From the human T2T-CHM13v2.0 reference genome, Homo sapiens: 64,000 bases of DNA. The position numbers and the translations under genes are program-made. The stretch lies in assembly GCF_009914755.1 (NCBI RefSeq), contig NC_060937.1. One strand, 5' to 3'. Under the pieces are notes generated by a model, which ran no database searches, had not been told where the DNA came from, and worked only from the letters and a program-made list of their open reading frames with translations. Shown piece after piece: positions 1-12,297 of this stretch (its first letter is position 1; each line of letters starts with the position of its first letter).

Positions 1-330
1 GGTGTCGCTGAGGTGTGGGTGTCGCTGAGGTGTGGGTGTCGCTGCTGCGTGGGTGTCGCTGAGGTGTGGGTGTCGCTGCTGCGTGGGTGTCGCTGTGGTG
101 TGGGTGTCGCTGTGGTGTGGGTGTCCCTGTGGTGTGGGTGTCACTGTGGTGTGGGTGTCACTGCTGCATGGGTGTCACTACCATGTGGGTGTTGCTGCTG
201 TGTGGGTGTCACTGCAGCGTGGGTATCACTGAGATGTGGGTGTCGTTGCCACATCGGTGTCGCTGCAGTGTCAGTGTCACTGCCGTGTGGGTGTCACTAG
301 GTGTCATGTAGGTGCCATTGTGGTGTGGGC
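1..330. repeat. GT-rich minisatellite, 17-bp unit (GTCGCTGAGGTGTGGGT), degenerating rightwards and cut by the window edge
   Basis: The 17-bp periodicity is directly visible and explains the Cys/Val/Gly-rich ORFs at 13-311. Confidence 0.9.
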
Positions 331-1678
331 AGGACGTTTCCCTTCACTCTCAGAGGGACGGACCCGTACCCTGAAGTCCAGATTCACATCCTGTCATGGG
401 GACAGCCTTAATTGTCACAGTCATGCCTCATGACCTTAACTTTGTGACTCCAAGCCTTCCAGACTGGGCAAAACCAGTCAAACAAACAGACACCATGACA
501 TGTGTGGCATTCGACACAAAAGCATTGGGCTGATCTGAGGTGGGAGTTTTGCTGGACCAGGGACTCATCAAGAATGTGCCTCCTTCAGTCTGGACATGGC
601 CTCTCTCCTGCTTTGAAACCCTTCAGGGTTTCATTTATTTTTAGTTTTTATTTTTTAATGCTCAGGGAAGTCAGTGAAGTCAGGTGGAGATGGAGGAGGT
701 GTTCTGTGTTTCACACTCAGGCATCGGCCTTGTGTGGGTAGCGTGTGGGTGGGGACTCTGAGGGTTTCGAGCCCTGAGGTGTCCTGTTTTGGGCTGGATG
801 GGGAACTGCTCAGCTCCTTCCACTGCATCAGGCCCCGGAAAGTGCTCTGCAAGGAGGAAGGGGCTCAGGAGGGCTGCCCGCCTCACCGTCCTCCTCCCAG
901 GAGCCTGTGGTGAACGGGCATGAGCTCATCAGACAAGACCCAGAGCGGAGGACAGAGGGGCCGTACCAGGACCACCTGGTGGAGGGATGCCCAGCCTCGA
1001 GGAGCACCTGAACCTGGAGTCTGTGTGGGGATCAAGACGGCCCACATGGGGGAGGCACAGAATCTCCTAGGAGTCCTGGTTTCCAGGATAACGGCTGCTT
1101 TCCCAGAGCCTGAGGGATATTGTGTCCTTCTGTTCTCTAGGGAAGGGCCCTTCCTGGAGGTGAGCTATAAGCAAAGTCATTTCAAGGGGGTTGCTTGGGG
1201 AGCTTTGATGTGGGGCCCCAAATGCACGTGGGTCCTAGCAATACCATTGTGAGGTAGAGGGGCCACTGCGCCTTTCCAGTGCCTGGCTCTGGCCTTAGTC
1301 AATGCCCCCGCTCTCGTGTGGAGGGGTGGCCGTGGCATGACCCCCGTACATAAGGAAAGACACAGGCTCCTCAAGCAATGAGCGGCGGTATCGGGGTTGA
1401 CCTGCTAACATCATTGCCTCTGGCTGAGGAGGGGAAACCCACTTTGTACTTTATGCTTTTGTTTCTGCACCCATTGATTTTTAAGCAAAAGCATGTATTA
1501 CTATCCTAACCAACATAATTGAAAATTTCCAGAGAGCCCCTTCTGAGGGGGAGACTTTCATGGAAACTCAGAGAGGCTTCCATTAGTGACGGGAGAAACA
1601 GGCCTGGCCCTCCACACGGACACGCATCCGTCACAGCCAAGGATGAAGGCCTGTGTGCTGTGTGGTTGTCTTAGGCTG

Positions 1679-1931
1679 TTTTTATGAGACGGAGTCTTGC
1701 TCCGTCGCCCAGGCTGGAGTGCAGTGGCGTGATCTTGGCTCACTGCAAGCTCCACCTCCCAGGTTTCACGCCATTCTCCTGCCTCAGCCTCCCGAGAAGC
1801 TGGGACTACAGGCGCCCACCACCACGCCCGGCTAATTTTTTGTATTTTTTTAGTAGAGACGGGGTTTCACTGTGTTAGCCAGGATGGTCTCGATGTCCTG
1901 ACCTCGTGATCCGCCCACCTCGTCCTCCCAA
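1679..1931 (-). mobile_element. AluY-like SINE, 5'-truncated, very short tail
   Basis: GCAAGCTCC...TTCACGCCATTCTCC and GTTAGCCAGGATGGTCTCGAT are AluY-type diagnostics; the element stops at CCTCCCAA. Confidence 0.92.
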
Positions 1932-2115
1932 TACTGGGTGAATTATCACACTTCTTTCTGACCATTCACTTTTCTGTCTTTGTAACAGCCATCAGGGTCT
2001 TTGAGAAAGTTTTGTAACTTAGTTCATTGATTTGGAAAATTATGCCAATAACCACCCTTCCTAGCAAACTGTCCCTGAAGAAGACCACGACAGTTCATTT
2101 AGTTTTCACAAACAG

Positions 2116-3010
2116 TATTAGGAGATGACTTGGAATTTTCTGGGGAAATCATTGAATATACTTCTGAGCGCAAACCCAGTGGCACAGGGAGTCCTTGGTC
2201 GCCAGGGCTGTCATCATTTCTGGAGGAGCCGTGTTGCACCTGGGGCCACTGAGACCCAGAAGGTGAGGCCGTCTGATGGGGCTATGGGGAGAATCCCACA
2301 AAACCACCATCACACACCCACGTTGGCCCCAGAGGTCCACTTTGTCATTTAAAGCTTACATAATAGAAATAGGGGACCCCTTGAAAACCTTTTCCTCTCT
2401 GATTTGGGAAGCTGAACTCTTTTTTCATGACACCAAAGCAAACGGCTTAGCAGTCAGGGTGGGGCTCTACTTTCCTCCCTCCTAGCCTGGTAGGAAAGTG
2501 CGTCCATGCGATTGGTGAATCAGAATGGGCCTTCTTCCTGCATATCATTTCTCCACTCCTTTCTTCTAATGGTGGGTGCCTCAGATCTGTCCTGTGGGAG
2601 AAAGGACTTCGCGGAGCTCTGTGGGGGCTGCAGCTGAGGAGAGTGCTGGAGTCTTCAGTCGGATCTGCCTTTCTTGCTGACTCAAGAAACAGTAAAAGGT
2701 GACAGGAAGGTGGCCCCGGAACAAATGGAGTCCCGCAGTGGCTCCAGCCATGTGGAATAAACCAAATTAGTGCTGGCAGAAACTGAACCTGGATTATGAG
2801 TGCTGGCAAAAATGTAAACAAAATTATTAAAAGAAAATTGAACAAACTGCAGTTTTCATCTCCTGTTAAGTGCTAAAGTGTGCCAAGTCCAACTTGTAAA
2901 CAAACTAATGAGCTTGGCTTTAATTAATGTTAAAAAAGCTGGTTCGACAGAGCCTGAAGAGGCCTATAAATATTATTTTGAAGAGTATCCAAGACACTTA
3001 GAGCAGCTGT
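2116..3010 (+). pseudogene. Three candidate coding pseudo-exons (2116-2262, 2486-2571, 2939-3010) of an eroded gene
   Basis: AG/GT boundaries with phase-compatible joins (AG+C, G+CT), protein-like translation, and one frameshift in the first exon. Homologue not identified. Confidence 0.55.
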
Positions 3011-3174
3011 GTGAGCCTTTAGAATTGACATAGCTATTTTAATATATGCAGAGCTATTTTTAACCTTTCAGCACAGGCCAGTCAGAGTGGGAGCCCAAGG
3101 GCAGTGAAGCCGGGGTGCCCATCAGCTCCATCAGCCAGAATGCAACCTTGAAGGTCAAGGGCATTGGCGCAGCA

Positions 3175-4168
3175 GTGTCCTGGGGCAGTTGGAAAAGTAC
3201 CACAAACCGGGGAGCTCAAAACCACAGAAATGTATCTTCTCTCAGCTCTGGAGGCCTGAAGTCCAAAATCAAGGTGCCAGCAAGGCTGTGCTCCCCCAAC
3301 AGCTGGGAGGGTCCTCCCTGCCTCCTCAGCCTCCGAAGCTCCAGATGCTCCCGGGTTTGTGGATTCACAGCTTCCATCTCTGCCTCCACCACCACATGGG
3401 CTCCTGTGTCACCCTTCTTCTTATAAGGACACAGTCACGACTTCATCCTAACTACAGTGGTCCTCGTTGTCTTCCATCTCACTTTTCTGGGTTTTAGTCA
3501 CTCACGGTCAACCACGCTCCACAAATATTACATGGCTACACTTGTGCTTTGGGGGCATTATTAAGTAAAAGAAGGGTGACCTGAACACAAGCACTGTGAC
3601 ACCACAGCCCATCTGGTCACTAGGATGACTGCCAAGTGGCCAATGGCAACCCAGGCTTGGATGGGATGGCTCGGAACAGAATATAACTGAACACTGAGGA
3701 ATTTTCTATTTCTGGAATTTTCCATCTACATCACAATGCCTGCATCTCTCACCTCCCTTCATCTCACCACGTGGCATTTTACAGCATTTTACATCATCAC
3801 AAGAAGAAGGGAAAATACAGTATAGTAAGATATGTTGAGAGCGAGAGACCACATTCACATAACTTTTATTACAGTATATTGTTATAACTGTTCTATTTTA
3901 TCATTGTTATTAATCTATTATTGTGCCTCATTTATAAATTAAACTTTATCGTATTTCTGTACACATGGGAAAAAACACAGTGTATATAGGGTTAGGTACT
4001 ATCTGAGGTTTCAGACATCCACCAGGGCCTTGGAACATTTTCCCCAGGATAAGGGGTCACTATGGTAATTAGATCTGCAATGACCTTATTTCCAAATGAT
4101 GTCATATTCTGAGGTGCTGAAGACTCAGATTTTAACATGTATTTTTGGGGAACACAACCAACCCATAC
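3175..4168 (-). mobile_element. MLT1B/C-type MaLR LTR split by MER44
   Basis: AAAGTACCACAAAC...CTGGAGGCCTGAAGTCCAAAATCAAGGTG on the left; ATCTGCAATGACCTTATTTCCAAAT...GGGGAACACAACCAACCCATA on the right. Confidence 0.8.
3455..4065 (+). mobile_element. MER44-family (Tigger7-derived) DNA transposon
   Basis: Degenerate terminal inverted repeats CAGTGGTCCTC... / ...GGATAAGGGGTCACTATG with TA on both flanks. Confidence 0.82.
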
Positions 4169-4967
4169 CTTGAGTGACAAGGTAGCAGAGCTGGGAGGGA
4201 CCTCAGGGGGAAGCATCTCTGCCCTGCTTGCTCCAAAGCTGCCACCTCAGCTGTATATCTCCCCAGGGTGGCGGGGCTGGAAGTGCATTCATCTCCTGGA
4301 TGCTCTGTGGTCCGGGGGCAGCTCCAGGCAGGAGCATCCAGCTACCTTCGCAGGAAGTGGCCTCACTAGAGTAGAGGTGATGGGGTGGGAGCCGAGCCTC
4401 AACACGGGGGCCCTGGTGCGCATCCCTCTACCTCCTCAGAGGAGCCCACAGTCCAGCCTCCATCACACAGCCCAGAACGTGCCCTGGAAGAGCAACAAAA
4501 CCTGGAGGCTCTGGCTGGAATGACCAGGGCTACAGCGTGCATGAAAAACAGATGACCGTGTTCTGTGGCAGCTGCTGCATGTGGGGGCCTCTTTGTCACA
4601 GCAGCTTAGACTTGGCCCTGAGCAGCACAGGGCAGGGTTGAGATGTGAGTCCGGTGTCTTGGACCTCAGACTCCTATGATGCTGCGAGGCCGCTGGTGGC
4701 TGGACTGTGGGGACCCACAGCCTCTCACACATTCACTCAACAGCCCCATGTTGTGCCTCCCTTGCTGGCCATGTCTGAGGCAAGCAACCACGGTCCCCAT
4801 GGCCCTGGTGCCCTCACCCTATGGTGCCAGCTCAGCCATGTGGGTGTCTCCAGGATGCCATCGCCAGGGAGTTCACATGAGGTCAGCCTGCCAGTTGGGG
4901 CTGCGAAAGTCGGGCTCACATCCTGGCCAAAGCCTCAGAGTTGATGCTTCCTGTGTCTGTGTCTGAG

Positions 4968-5739
4968 AAATGAAAAAAACACAATAGGACAATGCTAATA
5001 AAAGGACCTTTAACATCTGGGGAGGAGAAGCGGCCAGGTGTTTTTTGAGTTAGAGGAAAATTACCCTAAAGGTTTTGCCACTTGTTTGACATTTTTGGGC
5101 TTGGTTCCCACAACCCAAGAGGGCCTGGCCTCCAGGCAGGGACATGTCTGTTCTAAGAGTGACTGTGTGAGAGCCCAGCCATGCCTGAAAATGGCAACAA
5201 GGTCGCCACACACTCCCTCCACCTTCCAAAATGAAACCAGGTTCTTGGGCCAAGCAAGAAAACTGGAATGCTGGCACAGGAGGTGTTTTCGACCTGCCTG
5301 CTTATCTAAGTTTCACATGCAGCTCCATTCATCATAGCAAGTGGTTTCCCTGCTGAACAAGGCAGGCAGGTCTGACAAACACAGTGGCTGCCAGATTCAG
5401 CAACACCGCTGATGGGTGGGGGACCATGCCTGTCTTTCCTTGTGATGGGGGAGAGACTAGTGTTTGGAGTTTGAGTGGGTTAGATGGCCCCCGAGGGCTC
5501 AGGATGGGCATCCTGGGGAAGCTCAGGGTTCCTGGGGCCTCTGTGCACACTGAGCCTTCCTCTCGAAGTCTTTGAAGTGCACTGTGTGCTTCATTTGTTT
5601 AGCTCTAAACTCTTAAAGCTGGCAGGCGTGTCTAAGTGTGCTGATGGCCTCCATTTAATAGGAGAGGAGAATGAAGGCGAAGATCATCCAGATGGACATG
5701 GAGAAGATTCTCAAACACGCGTGTCCCTCGGGACTCTGA
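4968..5739 (+). pseudogene. Two further candidate pseudo-exons (4968-5071, 5603-5739)
   Basis: A phase-1 join gives ...GQVFFELEENYPK-A-LNS*SWQACLSVLMASI**ERRMKAKIIQMDMEKILKH... with several in-frame stops. Splice sites of the first exon are weak. Confidence 0.35.
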
Positions 5740-6249
5740 GACCGAAGAATCACCACAGGAAATCCCACTCTCAGGACTCTGTGTTCCTTCAGGAAGAAGC
5801 CTGCACAGGACATTGGCTGAAGCCACCACCTGTGACCCTGTGAGAGCTGGGCTGGAGGGAGCCGAGTTCACAGTGAGAGTGACCTCAGGGCAGGCACAGG
5901 GCAGGCTGCCGTCCCTCGCTGGTGCTGTTTATAGTGAGTTCCAACACAACGCGAGAGACCAGCACAATGGCCCCGTGTTCCTGCCAAGGCCAGCACCCCA
6001 CCCGCTTCTCACTGGGCTATTTTAAAACAGTTCCAGACATCATATTATTTTATCCATAAACACTTCAGAAAGTATTCTCAAAGATAAGAACCAAACACCC
6101 CACCCAACCCCAGTTCTGTATTTATGCCTAAAATAATTGATGGTGACTCCTTAATGCCACCAGATATCAGCGCCCAGGACTCCCTGGCATCCCACAGGAT
6201 TTTTAAGACTCTGTTTTTTCCAACCAGGAAAAAATCCTTGGTTCTCTCC

Positions 6250-8100
6250 GCTTCTTCCTCTCGTGACTTGTCTTTTGTCCCGCGGTGTCCCCAGGTCTGG
6301 ACTGTGCCCTGAGCTGCCGGCATCCTCCCCACACCCCCGTCTCTCCTGCAAGGGCGCGGATCCCGGCATCATCATCTGCGATTCGCGGCCAGTTTTGGCG
6401 GGAACACAACACCGGAGGGGGCTCTGCCTGCACAGAGGACCCGGGTCAGACGGCCTCTCTCGGGTGCCGCAGGCCTGGCCATCTCCCTGCACCGGTGATT
6501 CCATTGTGGGGCTTCGGAGGGAAGATGCTCCGATTCTGTGTCTCCTTTCTTCACCTGTGAGCTGTAATACTTTTCTGAAGAGGGATTTTTTCTCATCAAC
6601 TATTTGGTCATCCTGAGGTACCGCTGGTTTTTAGCATGTCCAAAGGTGACTTGGGTCATTGTTGCTATTTTTAGTATCGTTATAACTCCTGGATCTTACT
6701 GCATTCGAGGCGTTTCAACCCATTGCAGATGTTCTAATGGTCTCATCCTTGGCCGATGGTGGCCCGCGTGCGCTGCCTCAGCGTCCCCATGTCCCTCACT
6801 GCCCCGCGCATGCATCCCCTCAGCGCCCCACGTCCTTCAGCACCCGCCGCATGAGTCCCCTCAGCGTCCCCCGCCTGCGTTACCTCAACACTCCCACGTC
6901 CCTCAGCGGCCCCTGCGGGCGTCCCCTCAGCACCCCCAACGTCCCTCAGCGCCCCCACGTCCCTCGGCGCCCTCCAAGTCCCTCGGCGCCCCCACGTCCC
7001 CCAGCGTCCCCGCGTGCGTCCCCTCAGTGCCCCGTCGTGCGTCCCCACGTCACTAACAGGTCCTACGTGCGTGCTCACGTCACTCGAGTCCCGCGTACGC
7101 CCCTCAGCGGCCCTGCGTGCATCCCTCAGCAACCCCACGTCCCTCAGCGCCCCCGCGTGCGTCCCCACGTCACTCAGGGGCCCTGCGTGCGTCCGCTCAG
7201 TGGCCGGGTATATGTCCCCTCAGCGGTCCAGCATGTAGGTTGTGTGGTGTTGCTTTTCGAGGTGGTTTGTGATGCTTGGTAAGTTTCCTGCTTGGGATTC
7301 TTATGGTTGAAGTGGAGTGAATGGAGTTACCAAAAAAAGGAACAGGGTCACTCTTTCTGCCTTAATAACGTTTCCCCCAGATTTTCCTGCAAGAGTGGAA
7401 GGAAGAAACGTTGAGGTGCGCTCCCCTCCCTCCACAGGGTTTCTTCCTGGACAGCGCCCCATCTTGCCCTCACGGGAACTGGGACAGATGCGGTTGTCCC
7501 CCGACCCCCTCCTCGCGAGGCTCCAGCACCGGCTGTGTGGGCCACCAGGCCTGCCCCACATGGACAGGGCTGCGGAGGGGCTGGCTCCACAGCCCACGGC
7601 GGGGCCTCTGGCCAGGTTCTCCCTCCCCTGGCAGTGGCTGTGACGCTTATGCCCAGGTGGACAGCCCAGACCAGGCTCGGAGCCCCATCCCCTCCAAGGC
7701 GGGCCGGGGTAGATTCACGCCAGCGTCTCCCTTGAGGCCAGGCTCTGGCATAGGAGAGTGATTCCTCTGGGAGGTCCGGGGTCCCGAGCCCCGGGAATGC
7801 CGGCTGAGGGCCACGCGACCCCTCTTCACGGAACCCTCATGCGCTGAGGCGGCCGCAGAGGCCCGGTGACCAGCAGGGCGCCCGATGGTGGGCGGGGGGC
7901 CAGCGCGCGGGGGCGCCGGCAGCCGGGAGGACAGCGGGGTGCTGGGTTTCTTAGGGAGGGTCTGCCTGCTCCCTGCTACCCGGCCATCCCAGGGCCCGGC
8001 CAGCGCCTGCTGCTCTCTCCACCCACCCGCCCCTGGCCCCTGCCCGCGAAGGCCTCTGCTGCTTCAGCAGGAGGCTCTGTGAGTCTCGGTGCAGCTGTGA
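6250..8100. promoter_or_regulatory. CpG island
   Basis: High GC and dense CpG, a NotI site GCGGCCGC near 7849 and GC boxes near 7890. Confidence 0.7.
6760..7230. repeat. C-rich, CpG-rich degenerate minisatellite (about 18-22 bp units, CCCCACGTCCCTCAGCG)
   Basis: Recurrent CGTCCCTCAGCG and CCCCACGTC modules. Confidence 0.85.
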
Positions 8101-8134
8101 GCTGCATTGCCCAAGTGCAGGTGCCCGGCAATGT

Positions 8135-8212
8135 CCTCCACAGCCGTGTCCTCACTCCCAGCATCGTGGGCACATGGTCCATATTCAGTGTTTATTGAAT
8201 GAAAGAAAGAAT
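8135..8212 (+). mobile_element. L2 3' end fragment
   Basis: CCCAGCATCGTGGGCACATGG...GTTTATTGAATGAAAGAA resembles the L2 terminus. Confidence 0.5.
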
Positions 8213-8234
8213 TAGCCTGACTTTGTTGTTGTTG

Positions 8235-8570
8235 TTATTATTGACTTAAAACAACACAAATCTGTCGTTTTACAGTTCTGAAATGGCAGCGTTGCCCTCT
8301 AGGCTCTGTCGGGAGGCACTGGGGGGTCCATCTCTGTCTCCCTTGGTTCCTGCCCCTTAACCCATCCTCACAGCCACAGCACAGCAGTGTCCAGTCTCTG
8401 CCTCAAGGCTTTCCGTCCTTAGGAGGACCCTGCAGGTTACCTGGGCCCCACCAGGTCATCAGGAGCATCTCCCATCTCAAGATTCATCACCGAGTTCCCT
8501 ATGCAGAGTCCCTGGTGCGGTGTAAGCAAGCAATCCACAGGTTCCAGCGGGTGGGGTGTGGACATCAGGC
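8235..8570 (-). mobile_element. MLT1D/E-type MaLR LTR fragment
   Basis: CTTAAAACAACACAAAT...TTACAGTTCTG; CATCTCCCATCTCAAGATTC; CACAGGTTCCAG...GTGGACATC. Confidence 0.65.
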
Positions 8571-8892
8571 ATGCGTGTTCTTCCAAGCTTGCAAAAGTTA
8601 CACAAATGTATGCCATGAGGGTTAGAGGTGAGGACATAACTCCAAAGCAGACTCCAGGTCTTCCCAGGCCACACATTCTCTTCCCATCATTAATTGGAAT
8701 TGGAATTCGTTTTTGTGCCATAGCGTATGTTTCAAAGTCACGTTCAGGTGAATCATTAAATGCTACCAACCATAGACAATAAAATAATAAAATCTAAAAG
8801 TTCATGTAAGAAGTCGCTTTTTAGAACCCCAATATTCCAGGTGCTGGGGTTGCTTCTGTTGTTCTTACTCAGAAGCAGTCTTTGCTTCAATA

Positions 8893-9420
<528 letters not shown>

Positions 9421-10189
9421 ATGATATATTTTTTAACTGTAATTATTAGGTAAAATTAACACTACTTTACAATTATATGTATCACTTTACATTTTACAAA
9501 GTTATTAAGTAGACATTCATTTTGATGCCCTGAAGTAAATTTAACTTCTTTGCCCTCCTTCTCCCCTCCATCAAGAACAGAGTGAGGAATACTTAGTTGG
9601 GAAAGGCAAAATAAATGCATCAGTCTGTACAGAACCACAAAGAATAAATGGGAGGAAGGCAGGACCTTGAAGAGGCCACAGGGACCTCAAGGAAGGAGAA
9701 AACCAGAACGTTAAACACGAGGAAAGCCCAGGGGTCACAGGAGCGTTAGGCACCATACGGAGCAGGCTGTGTTCATGACATAAAAGGAGGGACACACAGC
9801 ATAAATTTCACATTCTAAAATAATATGAAAAGACCATAACTGAAGAGCTGAAGTTGAACTTTGTGGTTTCTCAGAACACAAGTAGATGATGACCACCAAC
9901 CATGGTTTCTAAATGAACTGGGTTCAAAATGTATCTGGTGGCAACAGAGGGCTTCTTTGGACCCTGGCATTAGAAGCATAACAAGGTAATTTGAGGAGCT
10001 GCTATTTCACAAGGTGGTGGCATCCCGGGGAGCTTCTATTCCATGAGTCAAGTTCAATATCTCACCACCGTGGAAAAGGAGTTTCCAAGCAGGAACGAGC
10101 AGTATCACTGGGAAGCCGATATTTGGGCCATCCTTGGAGATCCCTGCTGTGAGGACGGCAGGTGTTCCTCCCGTGAAAGCACTAAACTG

Positions 10190-10643
10190 GGTGTGACTCA
10201 GGGCCAGGTGGGAATTCACACATGTATCTGGTTGATGGCAAGGCGGAGACGTGTGCCCCCGTGAGTCCTGTTCCATGTTGGTCTGCATGAATGGAGGCTC
10301 TGCAGACAGACCCTCGGACTGCATCTCCAAAGACTGAACCTGGACCCTGGGGGGTCCTGCTGCCTCCTGGTATTTCAAGGACGATGACCATCACGAGGGG
10401 AAAGGCGGGCCTGGCCACCGTCCTGTCACTGACACACTTGCTCCTGGTAAGAATTCCTGATGAACAACTTGGTGTCAGGCCAGTCCCTGAACCCCCTTTT
10501 TGCCTTTGAAAACCTGCTTGCAACAAAGGGCCCAGGGGGCACTCCCCAAGGCAAGCTGGGCATACGTTGGGGAAAGTCATCCTCAGCTCAGTGCAAATAA
10601 ATCACATTAGTTTTGCCTCAGTTTCTTCCTTTAGTTTGGTAAC
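10190..10643 (+). mobile_element. Probable ERV LTR, family uncertain
   Basis: AATAAA followed by a U5-like tail ending ...GGTAACA, abutting L1. The left boundary is uncertain. Confidence 0.4.
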
Positions 10644-10708
10644 AGAAAAATTGAGCAGTAAGTACAGTGTCCCCATGTGTTCCCTCCCCACCACCACAGT
10701 TTTCCCTA

Positions 10709-11009
<301 letters not shown>

Positions 11010-12297
11010 TGACAGCTTGCATGAGTGTGACCCATTTGTTACAATAGGTGAAGCTACACTGAGACATTACTGTCACCCAAACTCCATGGTCTGCACTACA
11101 CCCACTCTGTGTGTTGGATGGATATGTCACGGCTGTGTCCACCACTCTAGCATTGCAGCCGCCTCAGTGCTTTAAACTCATCTGTGCTCCCAATTCACCC
11201 CTCCCTCCTCCCTCACCCCTGGCAACCACTCCTCTCTTACTGTCTCCATAGTTTTGCTTTTCCCAAAATATCATATGGTTGGAATCACAGTGTGCAACCA
11301 TTTCGGATTGGCTCCTTTTACTTAGCAAACACAGCTACAGTTCCTTCATGTCTTTTCTGGGCTTGGCAGCGCATTTTGTTTTGTCACTGGCTAGTATTCC
11401 ATTGTCTGGGTGAACCAGTTTCCTTATCCATTCACCCATGAAAGGTCATCTGGTTGCTTCCAAGTTTGGCAATTATGAATAAAGCTGCTATAAACATTTG
11501 TGTGCACATTTTTGTGTGGTTTTGAACTCATTTGGGTAATCTCTTGGAGCATAATTTCTGGGTTGTATGGCATGATCTTGTGATGTACATTTGGTCCTTT
11601 TCCCATTTCCCAGACATACAGCTCCTAAAGCCTTGGAATCTGTGGAGTGACAACATCTTTTGTGTGCTAATGAGATGACTGGGGGCTGGGGACGCCTGGA
11701 CAGCCTCAGGATGGAGCAGGTCACCAGAGGAACCAGCCATGTGCATAGAGGGTTGGAACTTGTGGTCCCATCCCCAACCTCTAGGGAGGGGAGAAGGCTG
11801 AAGGTCAAGTTGATCACCAGTGGACAGTGATTTAACAAATCATGCCTACATGATAGCCTCCATAAAATCCCAAAAGGACAGAGTTCAGAGAGCTTCTGGT
11901 TGGTGAGTACATGGAGGTCCCTGGAGTGGTGCCCACAGAGAGTGTGGAAGCCCTGCACCCCTTCCCACGCGCCTCTCCCGGTGCATCTCTTCCAAATGGC
12001 TATTCATTTACATCCTTTTATCATGCGTGAGTGAACATAAGTAAAGTGTTTCCCTGAGTTCTGTGAGCCATTCTAGCAAGTAATCTAACACAAGGAGGGC
12101 CATGAGAACCCCGCATTAATAGCCAGAAGGTTGGAAGCACTGGTGAAATGACCTGGGACTTGCAATTGGCATTGGAAATAAGGGCCATCTTGTGAGGCAA
12201 ATACCTCAACCTGCAGCATCTGTGCTAACTTTAGTTAGTGTCAGAATTAAATTGAATTATGGGGCACTGTTGGTGTGCACTGGAGAATTGCTTGGTG

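Noticed and set aside
901-1011. Possible exon after the CCTCCTCCCAG acceptor (EPVVNGHELIRQDPERR...)
   Set aside because: No matching donor and no phase link to the downstream candidate exons, so support is insufficient.
1653-1878. Alu-derived ORFs (also near 9025, 18082, 32473 and 47607)
   Set aside because: Generic Alu translations.
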